Shown in pieces: positions 1-23,500 of a stretch of 64,000 nucleotides of DNA (the stretch's first letter is position 1; every line of letters begins with the position of its first letter). The position numbers and the translations under genes are program-made. The stretch spans positions 1,736,001 through 1,800,000 of the forward strand of contig CDLV01000009.1 in the NCBI GenBank assembly GCA_001244265.2, in the 5' to 3' direction. The notes under the pieces are model-generated. The model saw only the letters and a program-made list of their open reading frames with translations, did no database searches and had not been told where the DNA came from. The DNA is from Microbotryum violaceum. Taxonomy: Eukaryota.

Positions 1-1
1 A

Positions 2-1318
<1,317 letters not shown>

Positions 1319-1372
1319 TCATGGAAGAATCATCAAGAGGGGATGAGACGTCCATGTGCGCCGACCTTACTA

Positions 1373-2846
<1,474 letters not shown>

Positions 2847-3905
2847 TCAACGACGAAAGAGTTGGTGCGAAGCTGGCGGCGACGAGCGAGAAGACCGGTG
2901 GCGATACATCCGACATGGTGTTGCGAGTTGGCGATCGAGTTCGCCGTGTCGGCCTTTTTGCCGTTCCGAGAGCCTTTTTGCAGTCGAAAGACCAGTGATT
3001 CTGCTTGCAGGAGCGACAGGGTCCTGGCGGCGGGTGTTTTGCTCTCACAGGGCACTCCGCCACACGGTGCGAAGGGCTGCGACAGGCGAGACACTTGGGA
3101 CGGGTAGGACGTGACGACGACGAGGCAAGAAGGGCCGATTGGGTGCCGGGGACGTTGGTGGACCGGAGTTGAACACGCATGCGGTCGGCGAGCGAATCGA
3201 TGGCAGGAAGAGCTCGTTGAGTGCGCTGTTCATCGGTGAATGACGCCTTGAAACTCTCGAGGGACGGGTGAGCGATGGCGAGGAGTGTGGCAAGAACATC
3301 ATTGATAGTCGTCTTCGTATCGATGATTTCTTGCGCAATAGCTTTGAACTCCATGATCCAGCCGTCGAATTCGCCAACGGTGCCAGGCATGGGCCGGAAA
3401 CTCCATAGTCGGGAGAAGAGCTCGAGCGTGCGAGTGGCGTCGTCAGGAGCATACCGCGATTTCAGCGTCGAGTACATTTTGGGCGCTGTGAGGTCAGCGG
3501 TAGGGATTGCGTCGAGGACTGCCGAGACTTCGGCCGAGTCGATCGAGTTCGCAAGAAGCTCGCGGGCCACGACATCGCGGGCGGAGCGTTGTGAAGGAGT
3601 CCAGTCGACGGGCACGATGCCGTCGAGGACGTACGAGCGGATGTCGTCCGCTAGGCACAGGCGAAGTTGGCGTGTCCAATTTGCAAATGTCTTTGGCCCA
3701 TCCAAGCGTGCGTGCTTGGGAAAGGCGGGGCGGGTGGTACTAGACGACGTGGTGGTTGTGACAGTGCCGGACGCTGCAGCGGTGAGACCCGACAGCAGCG
3801 ATGTAAGGGCGGCAAGCTGGTCGGCGGGAAATGTCGGGTGGACACCCGTCGCTAGGGGTGGCGACGTGTCGTCCATGCCAGCGGTAGCTCGTTGGGCTTA
3901 TAACC

Positions 3906-4288
3906 TATAAGACGATCACCACAACTGTCAGGAGAGGTTGAGAGTCGAACAGCAGTGATGTATTTCAGCATACCTATAAGACGATCACCACAACTGTCAG
4001 GAGAGGTTGAGAGTCGAACAGCAGTGATGAAAAGGAAGCTAAGAAACAAAAGAGGGGCCCGCGCTGGGATAGGCCCAGCCGCGGGTGAAATCGCTAGGGC
4101 GCTGAGGCAGCTGCGCGCGTCTAAGTCGCCACCTCAAGGGGGCGGCCTAGCGGGCGCGCGCCCGAGTCCGCTGGCGCCTGCTCGCTGAGGCAGTCGTGCG
4201 CGCCTAAGTCCCCACCGCAAGGGGGCGGGCTAGCGGGTGCGCGCGACGACCGAGGCGCCTCTGTCGAGCTGAGAGTGGACTCTTCACA
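3906..4288 (-). repeat. 5' LTR of family A (383 bp, TG...TA) with internal 58-bp direct repeat
   Basis: Homologous to LTRs at 10237-10549 and 13460-13773; repeat copies 3903-3960 and 3972-4029; abuts the PBS. Confidence 0.92.
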
Positions 4289-13455
<9,167 letters not shown>

Positions 13456-13459
13456 GAGG

Positions 13460-13773
13460 TGTGAAGAGTCCACTCTCAGCTCGACAGAGGCGCCTCAATC
13501 GTCGCGCGCACCCGCTAGCCCGCCCCCTTGCGGTGGGGACTTAGGCGCGCGCAACTGCCTCAGCGAGCAGGCGCCAGCGGACTCGGGCGCGCGCCCGCTA
13601 GGCCGCCCCCTTGAGGTGGCAACTTAGACGCGCGCAGCTGCCTCAGCGCCCTAGCAATTTCACCTGCGGCTGGGCCTATCCCAGTGCGGGCCCCCTTTCT
13701 GTTTCTTAGCTTCCCTCTCACCAATTCTGTTCAACAATCAACCTCTCCTGACAGTAGTGGTGATTGTCTCATA
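13460..13773 (+). repeat. Family A LTR (314 bp, single-repeat form), no matching TSD
   Basis: TGTGAAGAGTCC...GTCTCATA; exactly 69 bp shorter than LTR 3906-4288. Confidence 0.9.
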
Positions 13774-16421
13774 CAATCCACCAAACCCGTTCAGGTTTTC
13801 ACTTGCAATGGCCATGGGCTCCTACTGGTTGGACGAGCAAGTCTTCGATGACCCTCTTCTCATCACAATGCAGAATGGAGCACGGTGGTGCGCGCACACA
13901 AAGGCCAACAAGCTCACCCTCAAAGTCACACAGGTAGCCGCAATGGACAACACAATTCTGCCAGCAAAGAGTGAAGCTACGCTAGCTACCATGACGCTCT
14001 ACATGGAGCTATTCCAAGAGGCATATGGAGCCCAAACGGACTGGGGTACAAAAACTCGAGCTATTATTTTGGGAGAAACTGACTCACTGGTTGCGCCAAT
14101 AGAAAGGGTGACGGTCAACACTCCTCATGGAGAACAACAGGTTGCGGTCGACCTGGCACATGTCTTCCTCAAAACGCCGTTTGCAGCACCAGATCAACAA
14201 TACACTCAGCTGGAGAGTATTGTGCGCTCGGTTGGGTTTCCTAGCACATCAACTAGGAGGCTTCCGCTCTCAGCACTGCGACGGTTTATAGAACAGCAAG
14301 TAATTAGCAGGTTGACGCCAAGGCTAGCATTGTGCCCAATTTGACCGGACGATGTGCTCAGACTTGATCAAATAGTCACACAGCGGATAAAGGAGTATTA
14401 TGGATGGGTCTTCACACCAACGGCAAAGTTGGTTACCTTGCTGGTCACCAAGTTTGGATTTGAGCTTACCAGCCTATGGCAACTAAACGGGGCACTGGCG
14501 GTTGACGGATTATTACGGGACCTCAATCATCACATTCTGGTGTTTTCAACGATGGCCAAGATCACGCTGGCCAATCTCCAATGTCGACATCATGGCTGCA
14601 TTTCTCCTTTCATTGACCCCAAGCCCCTGTCCTTTCCGTACTTGCAACAAAAGGTCCCCCAGACATGGAACACGGCTCTTAGTGCTTTATAACAATGCAG
14701 GAAGCTGCAAGTGCTGGAGACCAACCAATCAAGCCGTCTTACCTTGATGGTCAGTGCGGAGCATGCATACCTTCAGACAGGAGGGGCTCGGCGGAACAAA
14801 CCACAGTTACGGCGGGCAGTGGCGGCGCTTCCAGCTCGGCTTACAGATATACGGGAGCTCAAGAAAGGACCGCGGAGAGATCTACCGGACCTTTTCACCG
14901 ATTGGCTAGACCCCAATACCAGATTGGTGCGGCAGTGGCCGGATCACTTTGACGAACTGACTTTGGCCGAGGGACCAGTCCAACTCCTGCAAAGCAGAGC
15001 CAAGCGGAAAACTGAAGTCAAAGATCAGCTTTGGGGTAGTTCTTCCCATACTTAAAATGAGACAAGCGCAGGTCCAAGACATTTGGGCAACAGGTGGCTC
15101 ACTTATTGTCCTGCCCACGGGATTTGCTTCCGCAGCCGCAGCAGTTGTAGGACCAAATTGGGAAGCCCGGGCAGCTTTGTTCGCGGGCGCGTCAATTATG
15201 CAAGCGGAAGTGACAGCCCTGCACTGACTATACAATCTTACAATTTTGGGGCTACTACACCAATTCCGGTTCTTGCAGATCATCTGACATTGGTCAGATT
15301 TGCCAAGAAGATCAGGCAGGGTGATGTTGCACCGAAGAAGCCAAGGGCTGCGTTTGCACAATACACATGGCTCAAATGTTTGCTTGCAACGAACCACACA
15401 ATCGAAATCCAACATGTGAAGACGACGCATTGCGTGCAAATGAAAGGGCGGATGAAGCGGCTAAGAAGGGACATTCACAGCCTGACCTCATTGTGCCTTT
15501 CCCCGACTTTGCTCTCCCTCAGTGGACAATCACTAGAATGACCGCCAACAACATCAAATGGCTGGAAAGCCATATCTGTTGTCTGAGTGGTAGGCCATTG
15601 GTAACGAGGTGCGGCGCGCACCCAGAGCTTGATTGGTTTTAAGGCAGTGGATTAAAACCTAGTGTCTGAGTGGATTATATTCTTGCGCATGGGCCTATGC
15701 CTTCGCAATGCGGACTGCCTTGTTTAGCTTTTCTTTAATCACTTGTTCCTCAACTATCGGTTCTGACACTGCTGTGTATTGTCCTACTGCTGCCACCTCT
15801 ATAGGTGGTGCACTTTTACTTCAATATCAGCAAGAAGATTTACGACCTTCAAGAAGACTGGCAGCTGAAGTCGTTGCCAAAGAAGACAGGCAACAGTGTT
15901 TGACTCCTATTGAATGTCGGACATTCAGCGGGGCAGTACCCATATCTTTGCGCAGTGTCAATGTATGCCGCGCAGACACAGCTCCAAATGCGGGCACATG
16001 TTCTGCCCACTGCTTCGCGATGTTCAGAGAGCTGAGACTGGGGACCTCACCGGAGTGTGTGATATGTGGAGCAGAGGAAGAAACAGAGAAACACACGTTT
16101 GGAGAGTGCCCATCGGGACAAGAACTTTGCGACAAAATTGGTCAGGGACTGTATTGGGCTACGCGAAGCGAACTTGAGGCATGGCAACAAGGATGGACTG
16201 ACCTGCAGATACAGGAGCTATGTACCTTTGCTGCCAAACTGGTGAGGGCACATTTGTGGTGGTTTGCGACGCCAATGATACCCAAACCGGATATCTACTG
16301 GACTCTAGACGAGCGATCGCAGACACGGCTGGACCGGGCATGGCATCATGAGCTGATCAAAGGGGCTGGGAGGGGCGGCCGCATGCGAAAGTGGTGGATA
16401 TTCCAACAGAATATGGAGTAG
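13774..16421 (+). pseudogene. Degenerate non-LTR retrotransposon ORF2 relic with RNase H-like and C-terminal zinc-finger motifs
   Basis: IEIQHVK...ANERADEAAKKG (RNase H C-terminus, frameshifted, ~15400-15470); CVICGAEEETEKHTFGECP; many stops. Confidence 0.6.
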
Positions 16422-16678
16422 TATACCTCACTGGTGGAGGAGATGGTGGCAAGCTTGCTCCATCTGCCCTCGGGAGCCGGGAGCTGAGGGGGAGGAGGGA
16501 AAACTGGTGTAAACCCTGAGAAATGGGGGCATCAGTCCTAATCCCAGCGAGGCAATGGCCCGTGTGCAATATGGGTGTATGATATGACATGCTATGGTGG
16601 TCCAGCGGATCTAGCGTTTGTTAGATTCTGTCTTTGAACAAGACTAGCTGGAATTTATGAATTTAAACATTTAAACTG

Positions 16679-17148
16679 ATGGCGAGGGAGAGGAAAGTTT
16701 GGTTCAAGCTGATTCTCCGCTTCACCCCGACGCGCAAGCTGCAACACCAACAAAACCACAACACTTCTCCCGCGTGCCTCGTCTGCAAAGCGCCGGTGGA
16801 CGACACCAACCACTACTTTTTGGCTGCGTTGACTCGCGCAACGTCTGGATCGCGGCAAGGGGCGTGCTCTGCAACGCACTCGGGTGCAACACGATCGAGG
16901 ACGCCCAGTACACAACACTGCAACGGCTCTTTGACCTCCCCAAGCTCGAGGCCAAGCTCAGCAAACAGGAAGGGGCGGGCAGGAGGATTGAGATCTTCAT
17001 GTGGATGGTTTTGGAGATGATCAGCAGTGGGAGATGGAGGATGCAGAAGCACGGGACGAGGATGGAAAGTGTGGAGAGGAGGAGAGCGGTACTGGAGGAG
17101 AGGATGAAGTTGAGGATGGGAGGAGCAAGGGGCGGGCGAGGGCAGTAG
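16679..17148 (+). pseudogene. 3' fragment of a LINE ORF2 (zinc-finger region)
   Basis: CLVCKAPVDDTNHYF(F)GC across a frameshift. Confidence 0.5.
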
Positions 17149-17789
17149 AGGCTGGGTTCAACTTCCCCCCCACCATCCCAAACACACCCACCAAATCACA
17201 CTTCCTCTTTCAAAACTGTATACTAAATATCTTGCTTTCATCTTTCATCTATTACAGGTCTGCCTTGGTTGCTCATGGACCGGCTTGCAATTTGGGATTG
17301 ACTCAATGGTGGCTCGCGGTCTTTGTCTATGGGGTTCTGAGTCAAGGGAGGGATCAGCAGACACAGGCAGAAAGTCGGCTTTGAGGGGCCAGGGACTGCT
17401 GAGGTGGAGGTTTTGAGGGGCCTCCACCGCGTCTTGTTGTGACCGAGCATAGACTTAGGACTTTGCAGGTCAGGGTAGTTGCGCAGTCAATCTCCTGTCT
17501 TTGTCTCGACTGAGTTGGGAAGTGACGGCGGGGTGGGCCTCTTGTTGCTTAGTAAATTGTTTTATTACTCTTTTCTCTTTCTCTCTCTCATTCGTCTCCT
17601 GAGGGGGAGCAACCGCTTGGCTGGGGCACTTGAATCCCAAGTATTGGATTGGTGGACACCGGCCCGTTTCTCGCATCTTGCGGGCGGTTTGTGTTATCAT
17701 TGTCGACTTCCATCTAGTTTTTCCGTAGGCCAATCAGGGGGAACAGGAATTGGGGGCAATATGATGAACAAGTTCTACAAAAAAAAAAA

Positions 17790-18120
17790 TCCTGTTCTGC
17801 GACAACAATGCAGCGGTCATTGAGATGGTGTTGCACTACTTTTTTGAGTGCGCGTACTCGACCAGCTTCTGGGGCGGGGTGCTTTGCATTCTGTTGGACA
17901 AGCTTGGCATCAAGGATACCGATGTCAATCCGTCAACGTTCACTCCGGAGCAGCTGACTATGGGGCTCCCCCTTTTGCGGGGTCATGGGAGAACGACCTC
18001 AAAATGGATGTGGGTTCGGCTGCCTTGCGCGATTGGCTTCCAGCAGCTGCACCTGCTCCGCTGGCGCGTTCATCAGCGGTTCGAGCTGGACAAGGTCGTG
18101 GCCCCTCCCTCGCTCCCCCA
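17790..18120 (+). pseudogene. Second LINE ORF2 3' fragment
   Basis: LHYFFECAYSTSFW, typical H-x-F-F-x-C...W end of the non-LTR zinc finger. Confidence 0.45.
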
Positions 18121-19189
18121 GAGCGTTCGAGCGAGATTTTCTCTCTCGAGCGGGCTTTGTGCCTGGGGCTCGAGATTGGGAGGTGTGATGACCGAGTTAA
18201 GTCCTTCCTTCCCATTTTCCTCCCTTCTTTTTTGGAGGTCAACTTCTCTTTCAGAAGCTGACTGTCTCGAAACTTGTTGCGCAGTGGAAGGCTGCGCACC
18301 TCTCTCTCTCTCTCTCTCTACTTTGCGCAGTAGCAGTTTTCGTTCTTGGATGGATTGGCAAGCCAGTACGATTGTCTTTGCGTTGGAGGCTTTGTGAAAT
18401 TTTTATCTCTCCTTTCCCCCCGTTTTCCCTTCCCTTCCTCTTCTTGTTCCTGTTGCTCAGTTGTTGACTACGCTTCAGGCACTTCTCCTTTTACTCCTAA
18501 GCCGTGTGTTGGATTCCGTCAAATGGTTCGTTTGTTTGCATTGGTCAAGATCTACGGCATGGCTCGGGAAGGAAGGTCGCTCATTTCTGGTCAATATCCT
18601 TGTGTCAAGGCGAGGCTCGTTTCGTTGTACTGGATCGCTTTTCTCTTGGCCCCGACGGCTCAACAGCCAGCACTCAAGATTCAGCCAAGGGAGGACATCA
18701 GGCGCTGTCGGGGTGACGAGTAGCTGGGGCTTGGCTGCGGCCTGTTAGTCCCTGGGGAGGTACCTCTACCTCCGGCTTTGACCCCCTCCCTTGGTCCCTT
18801 GGGTGTGTTCCCCTCCTCTCTGTCTTAGTATTCCTGGTTCTCCGTATCCCCAGTCGTGACTTTCTGTATACTCTCCCCCTTCTTTCTCTAGGCGCTCTTG
18901 CCTGGTTTTCGAGTATCTTTGCTCCCGCTCTTGGGACATGAAGCGGCAGCAGTACTCACCGCCCATTGGAGTCCGCGTTAGGTGCTCGGCGGGCTTTGAT
19001 CTGTGCAGCGCTCTTTGCGCGCAGGGGTTTGACTTTCACCCAACTGCTTGCCGTCGTTGCTTTATAACCTCCTTTAGCTCTTTTTGTAATGGTCCCACTC
19101 AACCCAAAGGATAGCAATTTATGAGCCCCAGTCAAAAAAAGGAAAAAACCTTTCGAGTATTGCTGTCAGGACATGCTGTGATCCTTACA

Positions 19190-19451
19190 TTGAAAGTCGC
19201 AAAAATGCGAGGGGCTGACAGCTCGTCGCTGGGGATGGCGTCGAGGGCCGCCGATACGTTGGCGGAATCAATAGAGCCAACGATAATCTTGCGGTCAGTG
19301 TCGTCACGGGCGGGCAGCTGCTCGGCCGTCCAGGTAGCGGGGATGACACCGTTGAGAACATAGCTCTGAACCTGGTTTGGGAGCATCAGATGGAGTTGAC
19401 GCAACCAATTTGTAAAAGACTTAGGTCCGTCAAGGCGAGCGTGTTTGGGAA
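19190..19451 (-). pseudogene. Copia gag fragment (family F), inverted relative to adjacent element
   Basis: [19 protein letters not shown]...IDSANVSAALDAIP, homologous to 19963-20220 and to family A gag. Confidence 0.85.
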
Positions 19452-20526
19452 TGTGAGGAATCCACTCTCCGCTTGGCTCAGGACTTAGGTGCGGGGAGCA
19501 AGCCTGGCGCATTGGCCCAGGACTTAGGCGCGCAGAGCGAGCCTGGCCCATTGGCTCAGCCCCGAGGTTTGCTGGCTGAGGATTGGGGTGTGCGGCTCTT
19601 TTACTGTTAGCTTCCTATTCATCATTCTTGGCTATAACTACATCGCTGACATAGTAGAGTTGATCGAATAGGTTGTAAGCCCACAAGCTACCAGCTTTGC
19701 CACTTGCGTTTTTTTTTTTCTTGAGCTCAGCCACTTGAACGCACACATCCATCGCACCATTGCACCATGGACAGCTCTCCCGCCCCGCCTTCGCCCCCCA
19801 GGGATCCCAGCCCCCCTGAATCTTCGATCAGCGTACAAATCGCCACTCTAAAGGCACAGCTTGCTGCCCTGCAGGCCTCGCAGCCCCCTGCCGCCGCTGC
19901 CTCCGCACCCCCGGCCGTCACCGCCACACAGGCCAACACCGCCACCGCATCCAAAGTTGTGTTTCCCAAACACGCTCGCCTCGATGGCCCCAAGTTGTTT
20001 ACAAACTGGTTGCGTCAACTCCGTCTTGCGCTCCCGAATCAAGTTCGTGGTTACGTCCTCGACGGTGTCGTCCCCGCTACCTGGACGGCCGAGCAGCTGC
20101 CCGCCCGTGACGACGCCACCCGGGAAATCATCGTTGGCTCTATCAATTCCGCCGACGTATTGGCCACCCTCGACGCCATCCCCAGCAACAACCTGTTGGC
20201 ACCGCGCATCTTTACCGCTCTCAAGGCTTGTTTTACACCGGACGACGCCACCCGCACTCTCGAGTTGTTTGCCCGCCTCCGTCAAGGCATACGACCCCTG
20301 GCTACGCCATGTCAATTGCACAAGAAATCCGCAACGCCAAAACATTGCTCAATGACGTGCTTGCCACTCACATGCTCGCCATGGTCCCATCTTGCCTCGA
20401 CAGCCTCACGTTCACGGACAAGCAATGCAACCAACGCAACCTCCCCAAACTCACAACGCTGACGGACCACATTCGCGTCCAACTTCGCTCAGCGGGACTC
20501 TCCACCTCACATTTGGCTATGCTCGC
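19452..20526 (+). mobile_element. Copia family F 5' fragment (relative of A): LTR 19452-19670, PBS, gag start
   Basis: TGTGAGGAATCCACTCTC...GAATA then GGTTGTAAGCCC (19671-19682); gag ATG 19767 [11 protein letters not shown]. Confidence 0.85.
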
Positions 20527-23500
20527 AGTTGGCGTGTTGTGAATGAGGATTAGCAGGAAGGCGGCTATCAGTTATTTGATTAGAAGCGCGCGTTTGTTTA
20601 GTGAAGCCTGGCAATGCGCACCTGTTGAATTGCATTCTGCCTATCCTTCTAACACTCCCACTTGGGCCGCCGTTTGACGGACTTGCCCACCTTTTGCCTG
20701 GGCGCCTTTGCCTTGGCGCTTTCACCTCGGGCGCCTTTCGTCCTCGCAGCTAAGCCACCCCCTTGTCCGCGCTGCCCAATCCGCCCCCTTGCTCTCGCGA
20801 CCAAGCCGCCCCCTTGTTTGCTTCCCCCGCGCCCGCCTGTTCAACTCACGTGCGCGCGCCGCTCCCTCCACGCCGGGACTTAGTCATATCCGCGCCTCTC
20901 ACACGTTGCTGAGCCAAGGCCTCCACCTCGCCACAGCCGGTTGCCGCCTCCGACCTCATGGACCACAGGCAATACAGAACATTGCCCCTCCATGAAGTAC
21001 GTTGCCTACCACCTGAAACTCACCGTAACGGATTGCCACCTCCAACAATACCAGACCTTGTGGATAAGTCCTCCCCTAGTGTTTGTCATCCAACACAACA
21101 CCTCTCAGCCTCAATGGCCCACTAAGAGTTTGACCTTATGTGCTTTGCAATGTGATTGGCCAGCTTGCTATAATTCACCCGCGCGCCTGCCTGATAGAAC
21201 TGTGTCCATCCCGTGCTCCCTTGTGCCTTTCTTCCTCTTCTCTACCGCTTCCCATTATTAACCAGACTGCTAATCTTTGGTAGAGAACAGATTGTCCAGC
21301 CGCGCCGCGTCCGTCTCGTCAGACCGTGCCTGTGCCGCCACACGACTTCTCCCCCCCCCCGGCCGACGTCGCACACAGCCTCGTCGTAGCTCCACCAGTA
21401 GCCCAAGCGGTCGCTACTTCCAAGTCCGAAACTTCTTCGGCATCCACTCAACAGCACCAACCGTAGTCTTCTCTCCATGGTTGGATTACACGCTTGTCAG
21501 GTAAGTACATCTAGCATTACGGCTACTATCATATGCAATTAACTGACGGTTGGATCACACACTTGTTAGTCTCTTATTTGGTAGCGTCTGTATTGCCGCA
21601 AGGCACAGATTCGCACGCAGAAAAGACGCAGCGCATATCCAAGATGGCGACACCCACGTCAGTCTGATGGGCGACCTATACGGCAAAGTCGACGCCACCA
21701 ACTGGGGTGTTGCCAGGGAGCGACTTCAGAACGCCCTGAAAGGCGAGGGCCGCCTCAAGCATGTCACCGGTGTTCTAGACGTCGGCCCCGAGCCTTTACA
21801 GTCCGAGTTCACTCGCTTGGAGGGCAACAACCGGGTAGACGATGTGGCCACCTATTGCAACCAACTTCGATTGTACCATCGGGATGTCGACGCTCTCGAT
21901 CAGGCCCTTGCGCAGGCGCGCAACACGCTAATCGTATGCCTGGGGGAGTCCACCTTCGCCCGCGTCAAAGCCAACGCCACGCACGACTTGTGGGCCGCGC
22001 TCGAGCTCGATAAGGATCTTGGTCGCGCTTCGGACGATTTCATGCGCTCAGCGAAGCTCAACGCCCTCTTCTTGTGTGAGCCATTTGTCGACGGCGAAGT
22101 GCTTGACCCATGGCTTGCGAACTTCAACCGGTTGTTTGAGGACCTCGTCGCCGCCCACGTCTCCCGTGACAAAGCCTATCAACGCGCCAGGATCGACGGC
22201 ACATTGTTTACCCAGAGCGATTTCGACAAGTGGGTACCACCGCCCGCGCTGTCCGAGGGCGTTCGCATGGACCTCTTGAAGGCTAGGATGCCGAGGAACC
22301 TCGTGACGGTCATCAACTCCATCGGCACGCTCCCATTGCTCGAGCAAGTTGAGGGCGCGATACGTAGGGCCGCACTTTCCTCGAGCCAGCAGATTGAGCC
22401 CATTGCGGAGGCATTAGCGGCACGGGTGCAGTCTCGGAGTCAGCCAGCCTCGGGTCGTCCTCGCTCAAAACCCTCGGGCCGTCCTTCCGGTACCTTGGCG
22501 CCCCCCTTCCTTCAGGCCTCGAGGGTGCCCGGCCTCAAGGAGAGGTGGCTTCATGGGATCTCACACGCTGGTCGCCTGAAACTGGGTCGGATGCAGTGCA
22601 GAAGGTGCTACAAGCAGGGACATCTTGGCGACGATTGCACGGTGCCGTCGGCAGAGGTCTCTCGCCGCCGCATCGCTGTTCTTGCCAAACACAACATCAC
22701 CATTGGCACGGCCAACGTAATGGCGCTCGTCGCCGTTGACCGTGCACCCGAGGCTCAGCTCGAGGACAAGGCCTACGAGGGATACTTTGTCATCGGCGTA
22801 CCCATTGGTGACGACGACACGGCGCTGTACCTGAGCAACATCCCGCGCTACTTGCTTGATTCGGGTGCGACCCGCCACATGACGACTCGCCGGGACCTCC
22901 TCATCAACTTCAAGCCCTTCACCACGGAGCGCGTCCGGGTCGTTGGCGCCTTCAACTCCAGTGCCATGGCGACCGGTACGGGCACTCTCCGGTTCGGTGT
23001 CGACAAAGCGTCCATTGAGCTCCACGACGTCCTCCTCGTCCCCGGTCTGTCCGCTGAACTCGTCTCACTCGCCGGCCTGATGAAGGACGGGTATGAGCTA
23101 TCCAACGAGTGCGACGCGGCTGGGAAACATACCGGGATCGCGATCTCGAGCGCAACCTCCCGCCTTTCCTTCGCCCTCGATTGCAACCACTACGTGCTTC
23201 AGGCAAGTTCTCACCCACCTCCTCGGGCGGATCACCTGGCGCTGACTGCCACCACCTTGCCTACAGACGTAGTGCTTTGGCATCAGCGCTTGGGTCATCC
23301 TTCTTGGGGTCGTTTGGTAGAGCTTGTTAGGTCGGGTCAAATTCCACTCAATGTAGCAGCTGTAACTCCGGATCAGAGTCGCCTCCTCGATCAGTGCGAT
23401 GCTTGTTGCGCCGGTAAAACCGTCTCTTCCCCGAACCGGGAACCCGCGAGCCACCCCGCGGACGCACCTTTCTCCCGTGTCTTTGCCGACGTGTGGGGTC

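Noticed and set aside
20598-21290. Separate element inside the 5' LTR of copia D
   Set aside because: PPT/LTR-like motif on the minus strand near 20650, but boundaries and TSD could not be resolved.
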